NCBI RefSeq assembly: GCF_033153115.1
Contig: NW_026889796.1
Location: 2,666,001 to 2,730,000, forward strand
Length of the DNA stretch: 64,000 bases
Direction of reading: 5' to 3'
Source of the DNA: Saccostrea echinata
Lineage: Eukaryota
The translations under genes were made by a program, and so were the position numbers. Below the pieces are notes generated by a model. It had not been told where the DNA came from and did not search any database. It saw nothing but the letters and a program-made list of their open reading frames with translations. Below are positions 50,410 to 62,440 of this stretch, piece by piece. The number at the start of each line of letters is the position of its first letter. The first letter of the stretch is position 1.

Positions 50410-53400
50410 TCAGAACATGTAATTCGCCATGTTTGCTGCATCAGACCATGCTGGATGCTGAGCGCCATCCATCTCTCCTGCAAATTGATTATCACTACGG
50501 AGTCGGTGACCACTTCCACCAATAGTAGCATTACACTCCGGACATCTACTCTCAATCGTGGCTCCACCACAGTCCCCAATTACATATGGATGACCTATGA
50601 AAGAATATTTTCATTAATTCCTCTAGAATTTCTTTACTCTTATTAAAATATGAAATCGATAAATACTTAAACAATCGAGTATGGTTCACTTACCATTCGG
50701 ACATTTAAACCAGTGGCCCTTCTGCTCCCCCAAAGCTTTGACAATCTGGATTTTCTCTTCTTCTGATACCCCGAGTCCACTTAGAGGATATTTCTCTTTC
50801 AGTTGTGCAAGCACATTTTCTAATAACCTTTTTTCATCTGCGTTTAACTTTTTACCTCCTTTCAAAAGAGTTTCTACTGTACTAAGACTTTTCTTAAGTT
50901 CGCCTCCTGCTGGTTTTCGAAGAGATATGATTCTATCAATATATGCTATGAAACGTTTAAAAGATTTGAGACGAAATATTTCATCCTCGGCATCCATTAG
51001 TTCTTGTTCTGTGAAATACTTTCTGGTTTTAAGAGTCCATTCTCTAAAGTAAGCTAGATCTTTAAGACAATGTTCTTTGAACATCTGTTGAAGATCACTT
51101 ATGTGTATGTGCTTGTCCCAGTCTTGTTCAATTTTATTGATGGCCTTCAAAAATTCAATCTGATTTGTAACAGCCAACAAAGTATTTTCATCAACAGTTG
51201 TCTCAAAAAGCTGATCGTAAATTCTTCTCATTGCTTTACCATCAGTTGCATATTTTCTTGTCAGATCTCTAATGTTCTCCGGGATATCATTCTTCATTCG
51301 CCGTATACGAATTCTATCTCCAATAATTTTTTCCTTGACTGCTTCAATATCCAAGACTGCTTTCTTAACTTCGTTTCCGTATCGCATATTTCGGCGGATT
51401 AGAGTCTTGCATTTAGGACATTCAATAAGTTTTATGACAGCATCTTTATTTCCTTCTCCTTTCCCAAAATGGTTTATGTATTGATCTAGCCCTTCTACCT
51501 CAAATACATGACCACAATCTTCCAGCTCTACAAACCTTGCATCGTCCTCTTCTTCTGTACCAAAAAATATTTCCGTTACTTCCTCTTTATTACAAATGCG
51601 GCATTTTCTTGGACAAGGCTCCCCACAAAGTCCTATGCACTGATGCCCACATGGAATCCGTAGACGGCAAGGTCTGTCGCACCGAGGACGGTTACAGGGC
51701 TCAAAACATCTCTTCGTGCATTTGAAATGTTCACATCTCCATGCACACTTCTCGACGCAAGGTATACACATTTTCCCACAAGATTGGGTACATCGGCTAT
51801 GCACACAACGGTTATTGCACAACTTTTCACAGGGGGGACATTTGGAACATTTGTCAGGGCATATATGTCCACAGACGAGAGTTCTTTCACATTTACTTTT
51901 ACATCCAATATGAAGTCTTCCATTTAAGCACTCGCCACAAGTTCCTCTACACTTGTGCTCGCATGATAAAATTTGTCGACACTTTTTAGGACAAACAGCT
52001 GATTCCACCTCAAAACAAAGTATATCTAATTCATGGCCACATTTGAATTTTCTTTTTACTGGATGTTGACAAAATTCAGTGTGTCGTTCTCCGCACAAAC
52101 TCTGGCACATGTGGCCACAAGGAAGCCGAGTTTCACATTGTGCCATGCATTTGAACTGATACGGTTTAGTTGAGCAAGGTACTGGTTGTTGATGCCCACA
52201 AGACAGCAATTTAGTCACACGAATTGAACATTCTCCACAATCCTGGTAACACATTCGCCTGCATCTGTGATCTTTATTGTCACAAATTTGCTTTTGACAT
52301 GGCTTTCTACATTGGTATTCTTTATGGTCGGCATTGATGACATGACAAACGAGGGCACATGTGTGTCCACAAGGTAGCCGGTGTTCACAGGGCTTCATAC
52401 AGCCTCCCTCAGGTGCCTTTTTAAAGTCCTCTGGCTCCGTCGCATGGATTCCTTCATCGTTCGGGTGATTTTGACAATATAAACGTAATCCTTCTCCGCA
52501 TAAGTTCTTACGTTTAACATGGTCAACAACTTTTCTCCAAAGTTCACTGTTACCAGACATAAGGTTTAAATTCCCGATGACATAAAATCCCATCTTAGCA
52601 CGGGAGAGAGCAACGCATACTCTATTCTCTATTTTCAAAAATCCTATCTTTCCTTCGTCGTTACTGCGAACCAATGATAAGAGGATAATATCATTTTCCT
52701 CTCCTTGGAAATTGTCTACCACTGTTATTCTTATCCCATAAAATTCTTTTTTGGGCATCAGTTTCTTCAATTGGAAAAGCTGTCCAGAATACAATGTTAA
52801 AATCGTGATTTGTTCCGGGTCGTATCCTTGAAGTTTGAGATATCGACAAAGTGCCACAATGTATTGAGCTTCGTAAATGTTGGAGTGACTTCTCTGCTCA
52901 TCGTCATTACTTTCGGGGTAGTCATGATGTATAAAATACATGTTCTCTGAAATACCTCTAACGCTTGGATAATTTTTCACCTCGTCATGGTCTTTCAATT
53001 CCGGATATATGATTCTCATCATTTCCGAAATTGTCGGTCGCATCCTATGTTGGAGATTTAGGCAATCGCACTGCATTCCATTTTTCACCATTCTCTCAAA
53101 TAAAGACACATCCAGATTATAGTCCTTGGCAAGTTTATAAACTGTTGGATTTGGCTTCAGCTGCTTGTGGTCACCAATAAGAATCACGTGTTCACAACCT
53201 TGGCTCAACGTTGTAATTATATGCGCCTCGAGAACTTCTGCAGCCTCCTCCACAACGATGACTCTTGGACCGATTTCCTGAAGTACTGACTGATATCTTG
53301 CAGCTCCTGTAGTTGTCATCCCAATAATTGTTGCCAAGCGCATTATCTGCTGGTCTTCCTGCATATGGATTTCGTTTAATCGAGCTGCATTTCTTTCATA

Positions 53401-56296
53401 CTCTGCTTCTTTTCCACGAATCTGTTCTCTGTACACACAACAGAACTTGTGTGTCCAGTATCGATACAAACGCCATTTTTCTTTTTGAGTCAAATTCCAA
53501 ACATCATGACCCATCCTCTGCAAATTTTGAAACTCTCGTTCTGACATGCGATTTGTAGACTTAAGTTCCTTACGCAATTTTGATTTCATTTTTTTCTTCT
53601 GTTTCCTATCAATTTGCCATTCCATGTCGCCTCCTTGTTCATCCATTTCTGACACATTCAATGCTACAGCCTTTTTCTTAATTTGAAGATTTGCTAGTTT
53701 TCTTTCTAAATCTTCAGGTAGACCAAGACCTGCAAATAGATCTAAGTCATCCAAATCTAGATCATCTTCATTGTCTAGTTGTCTCATCTCCACCATTTGA
53801 TCAGCATCATCAAAGACATCAACTTGTTCCTCTTGTTCTTCCTGCAATTCATCAATGAGGTCTCCATCTTCATCAACTTCTTGTCTTCTCTGCTCAGGTG
53901 GAACTTCCACATTCCCATGTTCTATATGTAGCAAGGTCCCATATCCAAGCCATTCAACAATAGCAGATGATCCCTTAATTTTTTTAAGAGAAATGGTGGG
54001 ATCATGATAATGCACATACTGCTCAAATCCTTGGACAAGTTCATTGTAATATGGACCCATATAAGGTTGCAAATAACCCTCATGGATAACTTCTCGTTCA
54101 GCAATTTCTATTTTCATTGCAATAGCGTTGATGGCTTCTCTTATTTGATTCAACTCCCATCCAATTCTACGGGCTTCCCTGGAAATGTCACCATGAATTT
54201 CCCTACCTTTTCTCATATTCATGCGGTAAGTATTGATGTTATATTTCTTCAAAAGTTCACTAGAGCTTCGCCCTCCAACTCTTAAAACGTCGCCATGATA
54301 GAAACCTAATATTCCTTCTAGGAACTGGTCCAAGGCATGATTCGTATAGCAGACAATTAACATTGGTTTGTGGTCAGTAACACCTTCCAGGTTAGTGTTC
54401 CATATTTTGTGATTGTGTAGCAAAGCTTTGACAATTTTGAGACCAATGTACGTCTTCCCTGTACCAGGGGGTCCTTGAGTAATCACAAACTCCTTGGTAA
54501 GAGCATTTTGTACTGCCTTATATTGTGAGTCGTCCAAATATAATTGGTCTGCAGAAGGCCATTCATCAAAATCTGTAATCTTCACATTCCCAGCCCTTGC
54601 AGATAGGCGACTGAAATTGTAGGTGGGTTCACGCAAAACAGGAGCTCCCAGATTTCTTAACTTTATTTCTCCTTGCAGAACGATATCATTATCCACGAGA
54701 GGACGGAGATCATAATTTGCATTTCGTCTCCGTCGCAAATACACTGGTGGCTTCACTTCATCTGTTTCACACCTGACAATGTATTTCTCGAAAGGGATTT
54801 GTCGCATATTTTGAAGGCCATTTAGAACATGTTTGTAGGCTTCAAAATAAGCTGTTGTCTCTGCCATGACAAATCTCGCATCTCTTGGGAGGGCTGCCAT
54901 TTCTTCATGGGTGTTTTCGAATTTCAAGTCAACAATTCCTTTTGATATCAGTTTTAATTCTCTGTTTGAGACACTGGCAAACAACATTGTTCGAAACCCA
55001 TCTCTAGATAAACATACAAGAGATCCAAATATCAAACGTTTGCTTGATTCCCATCTTACACGTTTGAGATTTTCTATGTCGAAACTAACCCTATAGGACA
55101 AACCAGACCGATCACATATTGGTGAAATAATTTGAACATCTTTGTATATCCTTAGATCCTGCAATCTTTTGACTTGTCCAGTATTGTGTAATGCCTCGAT
55201 ATATTCTTGAATACCTTCACGCAAGGGACAAATGAAGTCTTCTCTCAGAAGACGAAACTGTACATCCAAGTAATGTTCCAGGTCTCTGTACCCACCTTTA
55301 GCTTTATTTCGCCGTAGGAAAGGGTCATGATCCATACCTGCTGCCACATCAACAGTCTGCGGACACACATTGATCTCTCTGAAATTATTATCTGGTTCTC
55401 TCTCGTCTTCTTGTTCGAATTTTCTTTCTCTGTTTTGCTTTTGGGGTTTTGGTTTCATAACCCCCTCTTTGTGTACCCTACAGGTCTCAAAAGCTTCTCC
55501 TAGACTGCTGTTCAATAACCCCCCATTTTTCAGCTTAGTAACTACAGCTTCAATGGTAGCATATATTCCCATAATGGTTGAAAGACTGTGGGGCATATTT
55601 TGAGCTAAGGCAACAAATAAAGTTATCACATCTTTGATTGCATCCTGGTGCTCCATCAATTCAAATTCATTCACCGCTAAACCAAACAAAAATTCCATCA
55701 ATTTCCTTTTCAAAAAATTGGAATTTTCTATTGTTGTAAGTAGAGTTATAGTTCCTTGGCGCTGAGATTCACATTCTAAAGCTATAGCAATGCACCTGAG
55801 TATCAGCACCATCATATTGGTATCATGACTGTCGTCTTCAAGGGCTTCTTTAAAGCGGGTTCCCGATGAACTAAGTGTCATTAAAACTTCGTTCGGGGGC
55901 TTCATCTTCAGTTCCTGCAGTCGTCGAAAGCCACATCTTAACTTCCAAGAACCTTCTGGTTTCCCCTGAATTTTGCCTGAGGAGCCTCCGCGCCCCTGAC
56001 GTCCGCCATGACCACCTGCTCCTCCTCTTCCAACCCGTCTGGATAAAAGTAAAATAAAAAAATAAACCCATATATGGTAGACAAATTCTGTATACACATT
56101 TCTTAATTTTAAAACCAATTATATACAGGTTTTGCACAGAGAAGACACTAAAATATGGACGTCTAAAAGAATTCCTATTATATTTCAGGTACCTCCATGA
56201 TAATGTTAACATGCAAATATGCTTGTTTATACACACAAATATATTTCAAAACGAAAATATAAAGTTGTCTATGATGCGTACATACCTTCCGTCCAT
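50410..56296 (-). CDS. ZNFX1: NFX1-type zinc finger-containing protein 1 (SF1/UPF1-like RNA helicase, NF-X1 fingers, RING-like domain, RZ finger); 3 coding exons
   Basis: Exons 56286-56296 (MDG-R), 50694-56038 and 50410-50594, all phase-consistent. Motifs: HYLDVQFRLLREDF, W..SKRLIFGSLVCLS, QGPPGTGKT, CYTNHALDQFLE, VEEAAEV, IGDHKQLKP, SLFERM, QHRMRP, VDNFQGEE, NRVCVALSRAK; tandem C-x3-LxCGH fingers; RZ finger GHWFKCPNG|HPYVIGDCGGATIESRCPECNATIGG. Confidence 0.95.
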
Positions 56297-56465
56297 ATTC
56301 TTCAATTAGAAACAAAAATTAAGCTGTGTCATGGGATATAAGTTCCTACAAAAAAGGGTATTTTAACATTATCGGGACACTCAGTGAACTGTTTGTGAAC
56401 TAAATAGACTCATACAAAGTACACTTCAGTCTTTTTGAATGATATGTAAAAGTCTTAATATACGC

Positions 56466-56610
56466 AAAATCGAAAGCAAAAGTTCTGATTTGAATAATAT
56501 GTATATGTCTTAATGCGCAAAGTCGAAAGCAAAAGTTCTGATATAAATGATGTCATTCACATTTTATACGAAATCTAAAATAATTATACTTTCGGTTTCG
56601 TTTTGATTTC
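56466..56610. promoter_or_regulatory. Cluster of ISRE/IRF-binding-like motifs upstream of ZNFX1
   Basis: 56588-56604 ACTTTCGGTTTCGTTTT (reverse complement AAAACGAAACCGAAAGT) fits GAAANNGAAA. Two copies of TCGAAAGCAAAAGT (~56470 and ~56523) sit inside a ~45-bp direct repeat. All lie 170-310 bp upstream of the start codon. Confidence 0.6.
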
Positions 56611-58105
56611 ATGTAACATATGTAGACCTATAATCAAGCTCAAAGATAAAAATTGAAAACATATTAAGTTTAATTTAGACATAAATTCTATCTTAAAAAA
56701 TTAATTAAACTTTATTTTCGAAGGTTTGGATACTTAATTGTTCTTTTTTAATCAGTGTCAAACATAAGAGAGTTGTTAGTTACTTAAAAAACACAAAGGA
56801 ATTATAAAGAAAATAGTTATAAAATTGACTATATTTTGGCATACATTATAGGTAAATCATATTACATATATTTTTAATTGTTAAAATTACAATATTGAAA
56901 AAAACTTTTTAAAAATTTTAAGGTTTATTTTTGATACGAATTTATTTTAAAATTATTTCTAAAATTAAATGAATTTTCAAAAATAAAAATCAGTAAATGA
57001 CACTTAATCAAACGTTTGTGATACACGTATACTACACGTAATCATGATAAATTTGAAACATCTGTTTACGCCATCTCAACCCAGTGGTGGATCTTATGAT
57101 CTGTCTCCTATTGACACTGCAGTGAATGTTCTAATTATTAATTAAAATGTTTAGTCCTTTGATTACTTAGTAGTATTACAATTAATAAATTCTGATAAAC
57201 TTAATAGTTAACGAGGAACACGTCACTCACTCTAAATCAACAATACGGGAAGTATTTTCTCGGTTAATCAGTACAATCTCATGTTAACAGGTTTGTTTGA
57301 AAATGTTTGTATACATGTGTAAAAGCATCAACATAACAGTTTTCATACCTGGAGTAAGTGGGCACCATTCATAACTGCTTCCATGGCATGTATGTTTCAT
57401 TTGATGGAAGATTTCTAGGAACTTCTTCAAAAAAATTTCCGTTGTGCCTATTAATAAAATATCTACTTTCGTTTTCTCTATGCAGTTCACTGAATAAACA
57501 TGACGTAACATTACATAAGAAAAACGAAAGTACCTGCAACATAAAACTATATATAATTTTTTATAAATAGAATTTTGATTTAATATAACATTTTGTCTTT
57601 TTAGTTGATGTTGTTGTTTGGTCATCAAAATTCCAACACCTCCCTTGCCTGAAAAAAAAAAACCGAACGTATAAACAGTTACACAGAATTCCCTATAGAC
57701 TGCAGGAAATGCATTTCCACCCCCCCCCCCCAGACTTTATTTCCTTTTCTGTACAAAAAACAATTGAGGCCTCAAATGAGATAACGTTCGCATTATAAAC
57801 TCTTATCATGATTTTAATTTTAAATCAAATTTTACTGTTGATGATTTGAACTGGAGCAAATTATAAATCTTCTAAAATGCCCATACGAACCGGTGCGGTG
57901 GAAACGCACGAAGTGTGGTGGGAAAGGGAAGAGGTGAACGCGCAATAATTTTGTTAGCATATACTATTCAGTGAAAAATATAGCTCGTAAATGTACATGT
58001 AGTGTCGCTTCAATAACATGCCCTTTTGTTTATTAAAGAATATATTCGATTGTGGCCTTTCCTCCTTCAAAATGAAATAATATTCATATTAAACATGTAT
58101 AAATA

Positions 58106-61100
58106 CCGTATAACGGGTATTTTCTGCGGTTGGAAATTTTTGCGATTTAACCCCTAAAAGATAGCAAATTAATTTCTGCGTTTTCAAGTTTCTGCGGTTG
58201 CATTATACCGCAAAAAATTATTTACTGGGTATGATCACCAATCTCTAAGAATTATCAGATAGCTGCCATGTTTACGTTTTATAAATTCATTGAGACATAT
58301 TGATCAAAGTTGCATGAGAACTGGTATTAAGCTATTAAGCTTAATTAAACTACTATCTTTCAGTTAGTCTTTGTAAAATTATGTCGAGTCCCAATTGAAA
58401 TGAATTATTGCAGTATCGGTCCACCCAAACAACAATAAAAAATCTTTATTCTACAATGTAACAAACGTTTTATGCGATCTATTAAAATATTTTAATATAT
58501 TGATAATTAATGCATCCAAGCCATATTCTAAAAAATACGCTTATACTTAATTGCCATCCAAATTAATCTGGGGCTCGTTTCTCAAAAAGTCGTAGATTTG
58601 GGCCTAAGTTAGTCCGACTAAGTAAGTTACGCCAAAATTTAGACGGGCCTAAACCGCGTTTCAGAAAGCAGCGTAAGACTGGGCCTAAGACTAAGACCTC
58701 TCCGCTAAGTACTAAGCATGCGCAGATTGTATTTTATTTGGTTTAGAGACTACAATTACATGTGGCGGATCAAATTAATATCAAACTTAAACCTAAATAC
58801 AGAAGTAAAGCACGGAAAGCATGAGCGCGCGTGTATGTTTTCTCTCTTCACCATCTTTCAAACAGATATATTACGCAATCCCACCTGTATTTTCAAGGTC
58901 AAAGCATTAAAATTAAATAACTTTTTTTTGTAAGCTCAAATAAAAAAAATCGATATAGGTACAAATTACATTAGAAAAACATAAACGTGTACACGATTGT
59001 GTTATTTTGATATACAATCGTACATTAAACCCAAACGATGTACATAGTATATGTACTTACGAAAAATTCGAATTAAGCATGGGGAATTTTAAGTAATTTT
59101 CCTTTGATTATAGGCTATATTGTCTTTCACTTATGTTAAGTGCATTAAATCAAATACACATAAGGTAATGGCAAAGGGCTGGAACAGGCTTGTAGCAACA
59201 GTTTAAAAGGTGGAGGGGCAACTTCTCCAAAAAAATCTGACAAGCCAGAAAAAACAAAAACAAAAAAAAAAAACTAAACTAAACTAAACAACCAAAAAGT
59301 AGGGGAGGGGGCAATATCCCAAATTAATGTGACAAAAAAAACTTCATTAACTGTCCAAGTGAAAAATTTAATTATTATAACTGTTCATGACTGAAGTCAT
59401 GGAATTTGCCAGTCCTCGACCTTACAGCGGGGGGGGGGGGGGGGGGGGGTGTTAAAATCTGAAGAAAAATTTACAATAGCAAAATACTATACTCAGAAAA
59501 AGTGGAGGGCCGGGGGCCACCGCATTCTACGGGCCTGTTGAAAATTTAAGAATTATGAATTCATACACTACTTTTATTAAAATATTGATAAGAGTTTTGA
59601 ATAAATATCAGTTGTATTGAATTTATAATTTCATAAGAGAATAATCAATTCTATCTGAATTAGTCTTATTGGCATTCAAAGTGATACATGTATTATAATA
59701 TTACACTTTGGACATACAGTATTACATTGATATCGATATGATAATTTAAACAGTCCATGCAGAAATACGCATATACAGCATCAATTTCCATTAGCACACG
59801 CATTCTTATTAAAGGTTTGCAAAAGCTTAATTAGTTTTAAATCAATTTCTTGTAAACCATATGACAGGCAAGCAATCTTGTATTTTTATAAATTTCTGAA
59901 ATATTTCCATTTAATATATTTTCAGTCGGGATCAGATTTATTTAGATCGGACAAAGTACAACTTTCAACATCACCATCTTTGTCTTAAATCTAGCAATTC
60001 CGTTTAGTTCTTATTAAGAATATATGATCATGATCATGTAATATTTCTTTTATGGATGCAGAATGTTTCTTGGAGATTTCATCTAGATTTAAAGATATTA
60101 ACAAGCATGATTTTCATATTCATAAATATTTTTAAATAAGCAAAATTTCTTCGTCTTGATATGTTTTATGAGTATAATGCATTAAATGACAGCAAATTTG
60201 AAACTGTTTCTCATTTACTCATAAAAACATTTTTAACACGTTATTGACCACTTTCTTTTCAAATGCGTGTAATATAAAGTGTTTATCTGTTCATAAATCC
60301 ATCAAAAGACACTCTCAAACAAAATTCGTCTGAGAAACGTACGATAGATTGTATATTAATTAAAAACAAGTACCTATTTTTAAAAAACATGATAGACCAA
60401 TCTGCACATCTTATACGCCATGGCAGTTACTCCCTTGACATAGGAAAAAAAAAACAGTATTACGGACAAGATGATTAATTACTGGAACATTTTACAAATT
60501 CCTATTTTTCTGTTCTATAAATTTTATATTGAATTAAAGGGGAAATTAAGGTAAAAGGTTCATTAACTTTGCATAATTACCGAATATTTCTTATTATCGT
60601 AAACATATCAAATGTATATTGTTTGTGGATTTTTTTTTTCAAAAACATTATCCATTTAAAAAACAAAAAACAAAACAGGGACCCAGTGTCTGGGGGGAGA
60701 TGGGAAAGGGGGGGTATGTAATTGAGTATCGAAAAAAAATATTCAGCAAACTTTGACAGTACAAGAAAACAAATGCTGAAAGTGAAGTTAAGCCTAAATT
60801 ACAACTTAATTTTTAGCAGAAAACACCATTACTGAAGAAAGCGGGGGGGGGGGTGCAGCCCCCTCCCCATACTACGCGTGTCTGCTTTTTTTTTTTTAAA
60901 CTCGGGCACTTCTTAATATCTTAAGCTTACCCAGTTTCACAATTCAAATTTCTTACTTACAAATGTCTAGCTCTTCAAACCTTTTTACGGAAAAAAATTA
61001 TGCATCCTCGCTGGATTTTAATTACCTTTCTATTTAGCTACATAATAATTGTATATCTCACGATTTTTTGCATATCACGTATGTACATGAATCGGTATTA

Positions 61101-61965
61101 TATCGTTTACGTACAAAATAATTATTCTTTTATCTCTTTATGATCAAAACACTTGCCACTTTTTTCAAGTTGTGTACAGACTAAGAACTTACGCCTACTC
61201 ATGAGCAGGCCTAGATTTAAGCTTAACTTTGGTCTCGACTAAGTCTGCGCCTTTTTGTGAAACGCTACTTAGTCCGATTTTGGGGTTTAGTCACTGACTT
61301 AGTCCGGACTAAGCTTACGCCTGGTCTTAGGCCTTTTTGAGAAACGAGCCCCTGGTGTTTATATTTTAAGCTCAAACAAACAGTTGCATAATCAAGTAAC
61401 CTTAAGTTGACCGTGTACAATCACAGGTGCCATGTGCATTGAGGCGTAACTAATCCTGTCAGTCGTCTGCATTTTGTGAAATTCACGAGACAATCAAGCC
61501 ACTTTGTGTATACAAGCAGTAATTATGGTCTCCAGATAAAACACAAGATTGAAAAAAGTGTTAAAGAAAGAAAGAAAAGCTACTATGTGTTGTTTGCAGC
61601 TGTGGGAGTTTGGGCTATTAATTGCGAAATCTCTTTTAGTCATTTACATGTACATGTATATCCGTATAAAATAAAGAAGTAGGTACAAGAAAAGATGTTT
61701 TTGTATAAACTTATTAAATTGATATTATTTACAGCAACGTTTTAATTCAATATGTTTTGGAAAAATCCTGATATTCTTCGAATTTCGATGACACCCGAAT
61801 TTTCTCGCTAACGAGGACATACGCACCATTTATCATACTTGCATGTATAAAATATATATCTGAAGAAATATTGAAAAATATTTTGCGAATGTAATTTTTG
61901 CGGATTTGGGCTATCCGCAAAATTCCGCAAAAATTAGACAACCGCAGAAAATATCCGTTATACGG
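58106..61965. mobile_element. Non-autonomous Tc1/mariner/pogo-like element (TA TSD), host of nested insertions
   Basis: TIRs CCGTATAACGGGTATTTTCTGCGGTTG / CAACCGCAGAAAATATCCGTTATACGG (one mismatch), with TA on both sides. No transposase ORF in the track. Confidence 0.85.
58571..61351. mobile_element. Non-autonomous PIF/Harbinger-like element (3-bp CTG TSD) nested in the TA element
   Basis: 19-bp perfect TIR GGGCTCGTTTCTCAAAAAG / CTTTTTGAGAAACGAGCCC. CTG at 58568-58570 and 61352-61354; subterminal CTAAG/CTTAG repeats. Confidence 0.85.
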
Positions 61966-62027
61966 TATTTCGACTGCGGGTTGTTTCCGCAAAGTTTACG
62001 GGTACGGTAACGTTTTAACTGAAAAAT

Positions 62028-62440
62028 TTAAGCTGCGTATATAGTATTAAAAACCACGTTAGTGAAGCTTTCTGGTTGAGAAAACTCGGACAGATAAACC
62101 AGAAAGCATTGTAAAAACTTCGATTTCAAACAGCCCTTTCTAGCCTTGGAATATCAGCATGGACGTCGGAATGCGGATTTTTTAAACTGACATTCCAGCT
62201 GGCATACAGGGCTGTTTGGGACTTTTAAAAGGTAATAAAGAAACAAGATTGGGATTACAATATATTGTTAGTTAATGGACACATGCTTTTGGCGGGGTAC
62301 GCATATAATTCAAGAAATAATACCGGAGTCGAGCGACAAAAAAGCGGCGCCGTAAAAGTTTTTTTTTTTTTTTAAATACATTGCTTCTGAATTTTCTCAA
62401 CCAGAGAGATTTATAGTTCTTTCACTGAATACATGCATTA
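62028..62440. mobile_element. Degenerate MITE with TTAA ends (Kolobok/piggyBac-like)
   Basis: TTAAGCTGCGTAT..TCTGGTTGAGAAAA is mirrored by TTTTCTCAACCAGA..ATACATGCATTAA. Confidence 0.45.

Noticed and set aside
51070-55603. Plus-strand ORFs overlapping ZNFX1, and similar ones over the TRIM, filamin and oxidase exons
   Set aside because: Antisense shadows of real coding exons with no recognisable motifs.
50686-56118. The 1810-aa ORF as the complete ZNFX1 protein
   Set aside because: Its hydrophobic N-terminus (MVLKLRNVY..FFILLLS) is intron sequence before the 56038 acceptor, and its end reads into the last intron, missing the RZ exon. No signal or transmembrane segment should be inferred.
59186-59537. 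hAT MITE with CAGGCYYGTAG ends
   Set aside because: The TIR is short and imperfect with no matching 8-bp TSD, so it is mentioned only as a remnant.
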